Shown: positions 48,752 to 61,959 of the stretch, one piece after another
Layout: every line of letters begins with the position of its first letter
How positions within the stretch are numbered: the first letter of the stretch is position 1
DNA from: Reclinomonas americana ATCC 50394
Taxonomy: Eukaryota
Assembly: GCA_048213135.1 (NCBI GenBank)
Contig: PS015103.1
Span: 57,856-120,562 of the forward strand
Length of the DNA stretch: 62,707 nucleotides
Direction: 5' to 3'
The notes under the pieces: model-generated
Told to the model about the DNA's origin: nothing
Databases searched by the model: none
What the model saw: only the letters and a program-made list of their open reading frames with translations
Position numbers and translations under genes: made by a program

Positions 48752-51700
48752 CGAGATGCAGGAGAAGAGAGAGCGAGAGACGAGCGAGAGAGACAGACGA
48801 GAAGGCGTTCACCAATACAGCGCAACAGTGTGTGTGTGTGTGTCATCTCAACAATCGAGCCCACTTCGACGACGTGCTGCTGCCCACTGTTGCTGGCGCG
48901 TCTCTCTGTGTGGTTGATGTGCGCGTTGTCACGTTCTGGCGTGCTTGTTGTCCTTTTTTTCGGCGGCAGTTTACTGTCTGTCTGTCTCTCTCTGATGTGT
49001 GTGCGCGCGTTGCTCTGCTTGCACGACTGCGTGGGGTGCGCATGTGTGTGGCTTATACGCGAGGGGGTTCTTGATCACTGCGCGGCCTTTTTGGAATTGT
49101 TTCCTTCGCTTCAGGGAACGAAGCCTTCATGTCCACCACACGTCCTCACCTCGGCCCCACTCACTGGCGCCTCTGCGTGTGCACTTGTCACTCGTTTCTT
49201 GTGTTGCATGCGTGCGTTGTGTATCGTGTCGTGGTCGGCGATGAAAGAGATATCTGTTTTCGGTGAGGTGTATGAGGTGGTCGCAGAGTGTCATGTCGCC
49301 ACACCGGCGGGCACTGCGCCGGCGCCGGTGTTTTGCATGCCGGCGTGCATGGTGAGTGCTCTGCAGCATGTATTTTCGCTGTGCTGAGGTCGGCGATGGG
49401 GGGTGGCGGTGGCTTGGCTGCACAAGAGTTGCGCGGCATGCCAGTGGCTGACTTCCTCCTGTATTCGTTGGTTCTGCATTCCGCTCTCCCCCTGTCACTC
49501 TGCGGACCAGCTGCTCTTGCAGTCCACCGGGCGTCGGCACTCGAGCCTCCGTTGCTGTTCTCTGCACGGTTGTTGGTGTTTGTGGCACATGTCTCCGAAG
49601 CTCTTTTTGGTACTCGTCAGCCTCTGTCATTCCCCTGTGTGTTTGTGTTTTCTCTTTACCGCTCTCCCCTCTTGTGTGGTCCGACTGCTGGGAACGGTGG
49701 AGGTGACGATGTTCCTCGGCCATATTTTATTGCTTGTTGCTGTTGTGGGGATTCTGTATTTCACACGCCGCGATGCACTGTCGCTGGTGTATCTCGCCCT
49801 GCTGCTGTGCTGCCTGCCACAAGGGCGGAGAGTGGCTGTGCTTCTCCCGTTTTCCTGGCTCCTTCTGGTGAGTGGCATCAATGTCGACGACATGCAGATT
49901 TGATCTCTTTTCCTCCCATCTCTCCCGTTTTCTTCTCGAATGCCTTTGGAGCTGCCTCTCATTGTGGTGCCACGCTGCTTGTTATGATGAAGATGTACAC
50001 TTTTCTTCTTCTGTTCCTCTTCCTTTTCTTTTTCTTTGCCATAATCGCCTGCTTTCACTCCGTTTGAGTTTCCGACTTTGCGCTCCCTTTTTCTTTTCTC
50101 GGTGCAGTCTCCGTGACAGCGCCGCTCTTTGACTTTGTTCTCTCATTCTCCCTCCCTCCCACTCACTGTGATGTCGTCGCGTTGCTTCTCTTGCTTCCGA
50201 CACTCTGTTTCTGTGATTCGCTGTTTTCTGTCACCTCTGTATTGGCATCTCGCACCACCGCCACGCTGCCTCACTCTAGCAGAGGATTGGTGAGTCTCAC
50301 AAGCAGTGAGTGCTGATCGCCTGTGGCCGCTGCTGCTGCTTTGCGCGTTGTCGTTCGGAGGACGATCGATATCGAGAGATGTGTGTCCACACTGAGCCTC
50401 ACTTTCCTGCACCGCGAGAATCACCGTGTTGCCATCATTTGCAGTACAATGCCAGTTGTCTGTGCAGGGGATTGCTTGCACCTCGCCTGCTGTCGCACAC
50501 AGAACGATTGTGAAGATATTGGTCGGTAAAATCGCAGAATCCTGCATGCACTGCATTGCATGCACACTCTCTCCCTTCCCATCCCGTGCCCATATTGTGA
50601 TGGCGCGCCCCTCTTACCATTCTTGATGTCAGCGGAGAAGATGGTGTTGCGGGAAGGTGCTGCCACACAAAGGTTCTGCCGACGGAACGAAAAAAACATG
50701 CACTCAAAAACTCCGCGCCGACCACAGGCCCCCCCATGCACATACAGAGCTACCCGGGTGGGAGGGGAAGCTGCACAGACGTCCCCGGGGAAGGGAATCA
50801 GACCAAGGCGGGCGCATAAAAAAAGTCCTACGGCGGCCACTGCTTTCCATTTATGACCAGCGAAGCATAATCACAGCTCATCGTTTCCCCCGAGAGAGAA
50901 GAGAAGGTACCTGCGTACAACACACGCACACACACACACACACATATTCTCTCTGGCTGTCTCTCGTGCACTGCATCTGTCGCGCTTATATATCCCTTTC
51001 TTGCTCGTCAAGGCACACCACCAGCTTCTTCGCGGGATTCAACGCTGCACACTCACTCACACACACTCTCACACACAGTCTCTCCTTCTCTCTCTCTTGT
51101 CTTGCAGTGTGACAGAGTTCCGTTGTTGCACGTGCGCGCGCGTGTCCTTGTGGGGAGTGGGGGTACGGAGAGAGAGTTTGTGCACGCACGTGTGAGAGAG
51201 AGACGCGTCGGTTGATGCAGCAGTGACTTTTCGCGGCTGTTTGTCGGAGTGTTGTCAGGCAGCTGTCGCTTGTTGTCTCTTCCATCGCGTCTGCCTGTTT
51301 TCTGCATAGTGTGTATGTGTTGGTGTGTGCGTTATAAGGACGGCGGCGGCATCTCACACTGCGCGATGACTCCGATATGCATGCTTTTTTTCGTCGGACA
51401 CACTCTACTTGGATTTCATTTGCACTTTTGTCGCTCTCTCCACTCGTGGTGCACAGTGACTACGCGTAGTGCACTCACTGTGGTGTTGCATTATCGTGAG
51501 TGAATGTTCAGCGCGCATCGCGACGACCTGTCCGTGTGCGCGAGGGGCAATAACTCACTGTTGCCACATATGAGATGTGTTCGCATTTCTGTTACAAGTG
51601 GCCTCGTGCTGTGTTCTGCAGTCCACCTACTCCTCCTCCCCCTTCTCCCCCACCTCTTCCTGCTCCTCCTCTGCAGTCAGCGGTGTGAATGAGACATATG

Positions 51701-54700
51701 ATGCACCTTTCCGCTCTCTTGCGCTGCAGCTCACCTTTATGTGACTGTATGCTCCTGCTGCATGTGCCGCAGCTCTCTCTCTCTCTCTCCCTCTCGTGCA
51801 CTGTGCCATGGCCTCTCGCAGCGCGGTTTCACCTTTTTTGTCTGCACACGCGTTTCATCATTATTCCGTGCTTGCTTCTTTCTTTCTTTCTCATCCCGGT
51901 CTCATTAACTCTGGACAAGCTGGTTCCATGGAAGTTTCTCCTCTTTGCATGGTTGGCATCGTCGTGTTGCACGTGTGGGCGTGTGTGGGTGGTTGTGGGC
52001 AAAAAAACGCCAACGCATGCATCGGTTCAACTTGGTTGTGTTCTGACTTCACTTTCGTTATTTCGGCCTTGACTTGACTGCCTCTTTTTTGTGTATCAGT
52101 CTCTGTCTCTGCGGGTGTGTGTACTTGTTGTCACGGGGTGTGAGAGAGAGAGGTATGTGTGCACTCATGTATGAGGTGCCCGCCATTCACTCGGGTGTAT
52201 TTGCCTTTCTTGATGCACGTTCCCCCACCAATTGTGTGGGGAGTATTTCGCGAGTGTGTCAGTGCATGTGCGTGCGTGTGTGCATGCGTGTGTACATTCT
52301 GTACGTGAGTGTGTCGTGTCGACGTCGTGTCTTGTTTCAGTGAGTGCCGGAGCCGGGCGCCGCTGTATTGGTTTCCGTCGATTGTGTTGTTGTGTTTCTG
52401 TGAAGACCTGTCTCTTGGTTGTTCACTGCATTCCTCCGTGCCTCTCTCCTCCGATCGTATTTCACCCTCCTCGAGCATGTGCGTTGCCTCACCGATCATT
52501 CCCCTCTCGTCTGTCTCCCACCTCATCGATAGCACCGTCCTGCGTTTTCTCTTTCGTCTCGTCCGTTGTGCCCCGTGGCCATGGCCGCTCACACTCACTC
52601 GCCTGTCCCCGCTGCTGCCGCCGCTGCTGCTCTGCATATGCGGCCACGTCTCACTGCCTCCTCCACCCCGTCAATTCATCTGTCGCCTCCTGCAAGCGGT
52701 GGCAGAGATGGGTGTGGCGAACATGGTCGCGTGCGGCCGCTCTTTGCTCGTACCGCCTCTCTCTTTCTTTCTCTTTCTCTTCCTCTCTCCTCCTCTCTCG
52801 CCCCGTGTACACTGCACGAGTGCCCAGTGTACACTGCACGAGTGCCCAGTGTTTGCATGCAGTGCAGATTCAATAAGCACATGCATGCAGATGCCGGCGC
52901 CGGTGTCTGTCGCCGCTCTGCATTGCCTAGCGGAGACATCCAACTTTGTGTGGGAAAAGCCATTGCTCATGCCTGCGTTGTTGTTTCTCTGCGTGTCTCT
53001 CACTGCTGCTACACTGCTGCTGCTGCTTCTATGTGTGTGCTCTCTGCTGTTCTACTCCAACATCGCTCTTCTTCTTCTCTCACATGCCGTTTCCCACACT
53101 GCACTCGTCGGCTCCCGCTTGTTCTTCTCACGGTTCAGTCTCTCTGCTCTGCTTCTTCCCTGTTCTGTCTCTCTACACCTCTCNNNNNNNNNNNNNNNNN
53201 NNNNNNNNNNNNNNNNNNNNNNNNNNNNNNNNNNNNNNNNNNNNNNNNNNNNNNNNNNNNNNNNNNNNNNNNNNNNNNNNNNNNNNNNNNNNNNNNNNNN
53301 NNNNNNNNNNNNNNNNNNNNNNNNNNNNNNNNNNNNNNNNNNNNNNNNNNNNNNNNNNNNNNNNNNNNNNNNNNNNNNNNNNNNNNNNNNNNNNNNNNNN
53401 NNNNNNNNNNNNNNNNNNNNNNNNNNNNNNNNNNNNNNNNNNNNNNNNNNNNNNNNNNNNNNNNNNNNNNNNNNNNNNNNNNNNNNNNNNNNNNNNNNNN
53501 NNNNNNNNNNNNNNNNNNNNNNNNNNNNNNNNNNNNNNNNNNNNNNNNNNNNNNNNNNNNNTCTCTTTCTCTCCTGCATGCACGTCTTGCCGCCTGCCTG
53601 CGCCTTCTGCACATGTCTGGCCCCACCAGGCCTCGTTCGACAGAAAAGCACTCTGCTAGTCCTTCACTCTCTCCTGTTCACACATGCTCGTCCGTTCTAT
53701 CGCTCTCCGTGCTCCACTCTCTCCCTCTGCCTCTGCCTTTCGTCGTGTGTTGATCGAGTAACCAGCTGGTGGAACAAGTGTCTTGTATTTCCAATCGTTT
53801 CTCTTTTCGATTGGGTTGACTGCCCCGCCCGCCCGCTTGTCTCTGACGCTTGTTTGTGCCCTCTCTCCTCCCTCTCTCGCTCTTCTCGCAGCAGTGGGCC
53901 TGAGCGGAGACAAGTCGGTCGCCACAAAAGAAACCAAGGTTTGCCTTTTTCAACGTAACCACCATCACCACATCGCACGCATCTGCAATACAGAGATAGA
54001 CTCGTAGCAGAGTATCACTTGTCGTCCTTTCGTATGCTGAGAGATATGCAGACAACTGTCATGACAACTGGCGCGGTCTTCTCTCTCTCTGCTCTCGTTG
54101 CTGTTCTTGGTGTATGCATGTCTATCTCTCTCGCACTCACTCACTCTCTCATGCACTCTCGCTCTCTCACGCACTCACTCTCCATCGCTCTCTTGTTTTG
54201 CGTCGCCCTCACCCCTCCGTGGGACGAGATGACGGCGCCGGTCGTTGTGCGGACATGTCCTCTTCCTGGTACTCTTGCACGCGCGCGCACACACATACGC
54301 GCAGTGTGTGTGAGAGTGTCCTCGCTCTCCTCTCTCTCCCCCTCTCGACTGTCGCTCTCGATTGCGTGTGCCTCTTGTCCATGTGACCGTTGTTCTGTTT
54401 GCCATGCGCGAATCTTTTTGCATCTCAGCGGGTGATGCTGTTTCTGTGTGTCCTCTTGGCGCTACGTGTGGAGAGGGTCGGTCTGCACAGTCTGTGTGTG
54501 TGTTTGTGCTTGGCGTGAGAGACGTGGGTGAAAATATGCTTGGTTGGTATCGCCTTTCGCGGGAGGTGATTCGAACATTTGGACACGCGACTCGCAGTTT
54601 TGTGTCGTCAGAGGCATGTGCGCAGGATCTCTTGCTGCAGGCGCTCTCTTGTGACTCTCTCTTCTCTCTCTCTCTCTCTCTCTGCATCCGTTTCGTCTCT

Positions 54701-55682
54701 GCAGATCTGCACGTCACTGACCTTTTGTCGGTTTCTGGTCTGCCCTGCACTAATGTTGTCCATTTTGCCTCCTGCTCTTCCTGGTGTGCAGTGAGGTGTG
54801 AGATCCTGCTGGTGCACCTGCTGCAGCAAGAGAGGACGTCACAGAGAGTGTATGTGTGTGCTTAAAAAGTGCAGTGCCCACTATTCGCGAGTGGACATGC
54901 ACCACCCACTCACACTCCCTCACTCTCTCTCTCTTCCACGCACCACGTGGCGCTGAGTTCCTCCCCTCCTACCTTCCCCCCACCTCTTCTTCCCTCTCTG
55001 ACATCTCTCTGTGCTTGCAAGCCTCTCTGGCACGAACAAGAGTGCTGTGTGTGTGTGTGGCCACGCGACGCCCGTTTTCTTCTCCCTGCATCGCCTGGTT
55101 TTTGTCATTCCTGGCAAGCGCCTCTAGCCGCCACCCTGTCCGCTTCCTCCGCCTGTCTATCTCTCTCTCCTTTACTTTGCATTTTTGCACTTACGCGCAC
55201 GTATGTCACGCGAACAGCCGTCACGATATATATATGTGCGGAGCTCAATCGCTTTTCTTTTTGCCGTTTTCTGATTGGTGTGTCTCCCCGTGTAGTGGCG
55301 AATGCAGTCAAGAGAGACACAGTATGCAGCATCCACTGGCGACACTCTGCGCCTCACACTCACTCGCGCACCCATGCGATACCCATATTTGGCAGTGGGA
55401 ACTCTTTCACATATCGTGTTGTCTCCTCTCTCGCTCTTCCTTTCTCTTTTCTTTCGTGTGTGCGCGATACCGTCCGCCTTCCGTGTTCGTCGCGTAGGTC
55501 GCGCAAAAACAGCACGCCGCACACACACACATCGGTTGTTTGTTACTGACTGCGTGGTCGTCTTGTGTTGTCCAGAATCACAACTTCTCTCTCCCTCCGC
55601 GTGCGTGTCGTGGCGGTTACGACATACACGCACACACTCGCCACAGCAGCAGAGGTGCTGCGCGTCTGTGCATGACGGCTAG

Positions 55683-57884
55683 ATGAATCGCGCACATGGA
55701 GCCCACGATGACGAAGACGACGACGACATGCCCGCCACCTCCACCTCAACAACAACAACAACGACAGCACCACCACCACCGCCACCACCACCACCGCCTG
55801 CTCCTCGATCCGTGCCGGCACATGCAAGACGAATGATGGAGGACGAGGCCTCAGCGTCGTCGTCGTACTCCTCTTCCTCCTCCTCCTCTTCGTCTTCCTC
55901 CTCGTCATTATCGCGACCGCGCGCCCGTATCGCCGATGTCAATGCGACCGCCACCGCCCTGCTCATGGTTCCGCAAGGTCAACGTGCTACGGGGACAACC
56001 ACCGGGCGTCGTGGTGTGGTGGGCCTGGCACGACTGGAAATGCTGCCGCCGGAGGAGTGTTCGCCGGAGCTGTGTGCACTGCTGGTGCATGCCGCGCGGC
56101 ACGTGCGAGTGCGCTTCCGTCCTAGCACCGAGCGTAACAAGCCCGCCAGTGGCTCGTCGTCCACCTCCACCTCCACCACAACGACCACCACCACCACAAC
56201 GACCACCACCACGGCAGCGAACCTTGTATCGCCTATCACCACTGCTGCTGCGCCTCCTCCAGATGACAACGGCGGCGGCGACGAGTACAACGGCGCGTCT
56301 AGGTCAGATGCAGGCGTCACGTGCAGCGAGGTCATTGTGCTGCATCCGGCCTTCACTGCGGAAGCCGCTCCGAAACGAGGTGCCGTCCGCACGGCCAAGC
56401 GCCTAGTCGTCGGCGCTCTCCGCACCATGGTCAACGACTTTATCCGAGCACACACCACCGAGTTGCGTTGGCCATTGGGGAGGAGGAGGAGGAGACTGCA
56501 TCGATACTGCGCATGCTGCTAACAAACTCCGTTTGTTTTTCTTGTGTCTGTTTCTGTGTGCAGGATTCCAGAGTTGCAAAAAGTTGCGTAAGCGTCGGTG
56601 GCGGCGACGGCGGAAGTGTTACATGTGAAGTATCATCGTTGTGTGCGCGCGTGCTTGCGTGCGCGGTCTGTGGTTTCTTCTTGTGCGTTCAGTCGGTGTG
56701 AGATACAGTGTCCCTTGCCGGTATTCCTGCCGAAACTGTGACGCAACACTCACTCTTGGTGTGTGTCCCCTACAGACCTCGCTCGTGTGGAAGACGTTTC
56801 TGCAACACGCCAGTATCCTCGACACGAAGCGTTTCTACGATGCACTCGACTGGGAGGGTGAGCTCAGTTGGCAGTGCGCGTGCGGTTTCATTCCCTCTCC
56901 TCACTGACTCGTCTTCCCTCGACAGGAGACGGAGTCACTGTGGTGTTCTCCACATCGCCACTCGGCCAGCAGCTGATGGAGCTCTCGCGACAGCTCGACT
57001 CGATCGACATGTGCATCACCACTCCGCACACGGTGACCATCACCACAGCCACTGGCGGACGAGCGCAGACTCCCACCACCACCGTCACCATCACCACCAC
57101 CACAACAACAACAACGGCGGCGGCGGCAACGATGGACGAGCACATGTCGGGCGCCTCGTCCGCCTCTGGTAGTCGCCGCAGCTCGCCACGGGCGCGGCAG
57201 AGCAAGCGCGGAGTGCGCGGACGACGCATGCAACCGTCGCCCAACACCTATCTGGACCTGGAGGCGTACGATGTGCATCAGCAGGCCGGCGACGAGGACT
57301 CGGAGGCCTCGTCGGTCTCTCGCGCCTCGTCGTCCTCTCGCTCCATGCTGCTCACCGACGACGTCGACGAGGACCACGACATGATGCCGCCCTCTGTCGA
57401 GTCCCTCTCACGTCGTTCTTCGCTCTCCTCGCCACCTCCCGCGCACCACGCCGCTCCATTGCCATCACCACTGCCAGCGGCCATTGACTCGCCGCCATCG
57501 GCCATGGATCGCGACGAGGAGGCCGCGCACATACAACGCACGCTCACCCTCGCCGCCATGGCTGCCAGCGCGTGGAATGCCTCCTCGCGTCGCCTCTCGC
57601 CTCGAGCTGCCACCTCACCGCTGCGAGCGGGGGCAGCACGAACGACTGCCATACCTCCTCAACCGCCACCACCACCACCACCGCTACCACTTCCAGTGGT
57701 GACGCCAGCAGTTCCGCGCACTCCCACGCCCGTGGAGGCCTCGTTTGAGTACATGCTGAGCGAGACGCAGCGGTTGTGGGCGCGACAGCAGTTGCTGGCG
57801 CAGCAACAGCAGCAAGGAGGAGGAGGGGGAAGTGCGAGCCCGAGTGCGAGGAGTGACACCACGCCTCCTCCTCCTCCCAAGTAG
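55683..57884 (+). CDS. Uncharacterised low-complexity protein with a central globular segment
   Basis: ATG at 55683. Exons 55683-56461, 56564-56582, 56776-56858 and 56926-57884 keep frame (..MVNDFIRAHTTE IPELQK TSLVWKTFLQHASILDTKRFYDALDWE GDGVTVVFSTSPLGQQLMELSRQLDSID..). Stop TAG at 57882-57884. Confidence 0.65.
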
Positions 57885-60567
57885 ACCGTGTGTTGTAGAG
57901 CAGTTTTTTTTATTCATCTCCTCTTGCATCATAATCCTTCTCTCTCTCTGTGTGCGCTTTGCCTCTCTCTCTCTTTAATGCCCTCTCTCTTTCCTTACAA
58001 TGGTAGTTTGAATAATGGTGTTTGCGTTTCCCTGTGGTCAAGACGAGAGAGCGAGAGAGAGAGAGTGCGTTTGCTCACTCGTGAGAAACGAGAGACCGAG
58101 TGTCACACAGCGCGGAGTGTGAGAGTGCGTAATAAATGAGCTTGAGGAGCTGACAGTCAGAGTGTGTGGAGGGGGCAGGTGTGCGTGTGTGAAGGGAGAG
58201 TGGGTGGGAGGAAGAACGGTGAGAGTGGAGGAAGTAACGAACTTGAAGAATCTGCGGCGATCACTGCGGGACATGTACAGGTGGATGTCCTTTGCCGAGC
58301 GACACACTGCATGCAGTGCAACAGTGAGGTGAAGCGCAGCACGTGCACGCGGTTGGGTGGTGGCGATGATGATTTGAAATTGCTGGATTCGGAGGTGCAA
58401 TATTGCAGTTTACGTTTGGTGATGTGATGCGTGTTGGATCGCAGTGGAGAGAGGGAGAGAGAGAGAGAGAGAGGAGGGAGGTGTGGGTGAGCAGCATGTT
58501 GAGATTCTTCTGCGACATGAGGCGCTAGTATACGATGAATGCGGAATTCGAAAATGTAATCATGAAACTGGCTTCGATTTTTGAATACCAGAACGGCGTG
58601 TGTGATCGTCTCTTCGTCTACGACTTCAGAGAGACCCACTGATCGCCACAGGAAAGGACCGATCAGGTGGCTTGCTCGCCGAAGAAAGGAAGCCAACAGA
58701 AGCGAACCGATAAGGAGAGGACGGGTGTCCTCGACTTGGTGTTCGCTTCTCTCCTCTCTCCCAGCGTTCATGGTTGTCGATGAGGGAGAAGCAGTGCAGA
58801 ATCAGAATCAACATGCTGCTGCCGAGGCCACAGACAACCCAGGCAGCCGCGTGTTCGGGAGAGAATTCGAACAATCCGTGTCGTTTTCCATGTTGGTGAA
58901 TGCATCGAGAGGTGAACGAACGCAGAGAACCCATCTGCTGCTCTTCTTCCGTTGTCGGTGAATTGTGCACAAGGAGCTTGTCTCACAAGCAGTCGTCGTG
59001 CCTTGTCGAAATCAACATGCATGCAATTGCAATCCGACACTTGCAATTGCATTCCTAAACTGCCTTCTCCTGAGCATGCGTTCCCCCACTCGCCCCTCCA
59101 TCTCTGCCGCATTTTACCTTACGCGCATCTGCACTACCCTAATCATTCACCGGCTCCACACTTCCCGCGGGCGGGCCCGGCAAAAAGTCGAAATTTCATT
59201 TGTGTCCGGTCGTCGTTCGAATCGCCTCGGGCCCGCTTCCTCAAACAAATTTTTCTTCACACACTGCACGAGAGAGAAGAGAAAGCCACCACACACACTC
59301 GCGCTCTTTCACACGCGCACGCTCTCTANNNNNNNNNNNNNNNNNNNNNNNNNNNNNNNNNNNNNNNNNNNNNNNNNNNNNNNNNNNNNNNNNNNNNNNN
59401 NNNNNNNNNNNNNNNNNNNNNNNNNNNNNNNNNNNNNNNNNNNNNNNNNNNNNNNNNNNNNNNNNNNNNNNNNNNNNNNNNNNNNNNNNNNNNNNNNNNN
59501 NNNNNNNNNNNNNNNNNNNNNNNNNNNNNNNNNNNNNNNNNNNNNNNNNNNNNNNNNNNNCGATGATGTCTTACGGACCTTGTGCGGGTTGTTCCACACT
59601 CCCAGACATATCTGACAGACAAGTCGTGATGGGACCTGTGAAAAATTGATCCGAGGCGATGATTGTGAGTGACAAGTGCCGTTGTGCGCGTGTTTCGTGT
59701 CATTCTCTCACCGACTCGACGAATCGCTCAATGGCGTACCCAGCTCCGTCCTCACTCATGGTCGATGTCGACGAGAGCGTGTGTGCGAGAGAGGAGAGCA
59801 GACAGAGGAGAGAGAGAGAGAGCGGACTGCTGTTTGCTCGTACAACACTCGAAAATCAAGAGCACGCGCGCGCACGACAGTTCACGCTGCTGAGCCACAG
59901 TGACAGCNNNNNNNNNNNNNNNNNNNNNNNNNNNNNNNNNNNNNNNNNNNNNNNNNNNNNNNNNNNNNNNNNNNNNNNNNNNNNNNNNNNNNNNNNNNNN
60001 NNNNNNNNNNNNNNNNNNNNNNNNNNNNNNNNNNNNNNNNNNNNNNNNNNNNNNNNNNNNNNNNNNNNNNNNNNNNNNNNNNNNNNNNNNNNNNNNNNNN
60101 NNNNNNNNNNNNNNNNNNNNNNNNNNNNNNNNNNNNNNNNNNNNNNNNNNNNNNNNNNNNNNNNNNNNNNNNNNNNNNNNNNNNNNNNNNNNNNNNNNNN
60201 NNNNNNNNNNNNNNNNNNNNNNNNNNNNNNNNNNNNNNNNNNNNNNNNNNNNNNNNNNNNNNNNNNNNNNNNNNNNNNNNNNNNNNNNNNNNNNNNNNNN
60301 NNNNNNNNNNNNNNNNNNNNNNNNNNNNNNNNNNNNNNNNNNNNNNNNNNNNNNNNNNNNNNNNNNNNNNNNNNNNNNNNNNNNNNNNNNNNNNNNNNNN
60401 NNNNNNNNNNNNNNNNNNNNNNNNNNNNNNNNNNNNNNNNNNNNNNNNNNNNNNNNNNNNNNNNNNNNNNNNNNNNNNNNNNNNNNNNNNNNNNNNNNNN
60501 NNNNNNNNTACGCGACTACATAACAGCTGGCGATCGCGTGTACTCATGATCACCACGCGCCACGCAG

Positions 60568-61927
60568 CTGACATGCGAGCATGTGTTTTGCGGGGATTGC
60601 ATCCTGAAGTGGCTGGCGCAGGCGTCGACGTGCCCCGTGTGTCGCCATCGTGCGCACATGGGCAACGTGGCGCCTGTCGATCGCGTCATTGGGCAGCTCA
60701 TTGGCGATCTGCGCCTGCATTGTGGCAACTGGGAGCCGACGCGACCCGACGACGCGGCCGTGTCGTGTCCGTGGGTGGGCGAGTTGTCGGCGGTCGATGC
60801 ACACATGAATGAGTGCGGCTACGTGCGGGTGCGCTGTGATCATTGTCGGCGGGAGCACAGGCGACGGGAGGCGCGGGAGCATGCGGAGGTGTGTCATCGG
60901 CGACCGGTGCCGTGCACGTACTGTGGGGAGATGGTGCCGCGGGAGCGCATGGCGTTGCATTGCGATGCCGAGTGCACCTATCTCCACGTACAATGTCCGA
61001 ATGGGTGCGGTCGTCGCGTGAAACGCGAGGATGTCGGCGCGCACCTCGAGCAGGTGAGAAACGGGGAAGCGGATTTCATGGCGCTTTCGTGTCACGCTGA
61101 CTCTTTTTCTTGTTCTCCCAGGCCTGTCCGCTGCAAGAGGCACCGTGCGCCTACGTTGAATTCGGTTGCTCACATCGCGGTCTCCGCGTGGATCTGCCGA
61201 ACCACGAGAAGGCGGCCGCCGCGCATCACCTGCAACTCGTCACCATCAACATGAGCGAGGCGCTGCAGAACCAGGACGAAGTCATTTCGGTGCTGCGTGC
61301 TGAATTGGCGTCCAGAGACACCCAGTTGCGTGCATCCATTCTCACACTCTTCTTCTGTCATGCTTTGGGATCTCATCTCTCGCACACCGCAGGATCGATC
61401 AGCTGCGTCGCGATGTGGCCGCCATTAGCGAGCTGCTCCCGGCACTGGAGCTGGTGACGGGCCGTCGGCGCATGGTGCAGGCGTCGCCGAATAACTCGGC
61501 TGTGCTACTGGCCTCCTCCGAGTACTCTGGCAACACCGCTCCATCGGCGTCCTCGCCATCGCCTGTTCCTGCGCACACCGCCGTCCGCACCGACCGACCA
61601 CCCTCTGGCCGCTCGCTCTTTCACCCGTACAACGCGGGCCAGTCGCTAGCCGCCGCCATGTCGCTGCCGCCGCCTCCACCACCACCGCCGCCACCGCCGC
61701 CACCACTGGTTGCCGCTCCCTCGGCGGCAGCCGGGCACGCGCATTTGCATCTGCAGAACAACCACCACCACCACCACCACCATCGCTCCGATGAGCAAGA
61801 CTCTGGGTCGTCGTCGTCCGCCGTGGTGCCGCCAGCGCGGTCACCGTCGTGCCAGGCCGCCCTCCGTGAGCTGCAACAGGAGACTCGCGAGTTCACTCGA
61901 CAGATTCGCACGCACCAACAGCAGCAA

Positions 61928-61959
<32 letters not shown>

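Noticed and set aside
58157-58970. Possible small minus-strand gene (ORFs 58157-58771 and 58038-58400)
   Set aside because: No consistent exon chain, start or recognisable motif could be built.
3214-61331. Non-canonical TT-starting introns (AG|TTGCGT)
   Set aside because: Moving the donor by one base would force non-AG acceptors to keep frame (e.g. the intron starting at 45052); GT-AG boundaries fit all cases.
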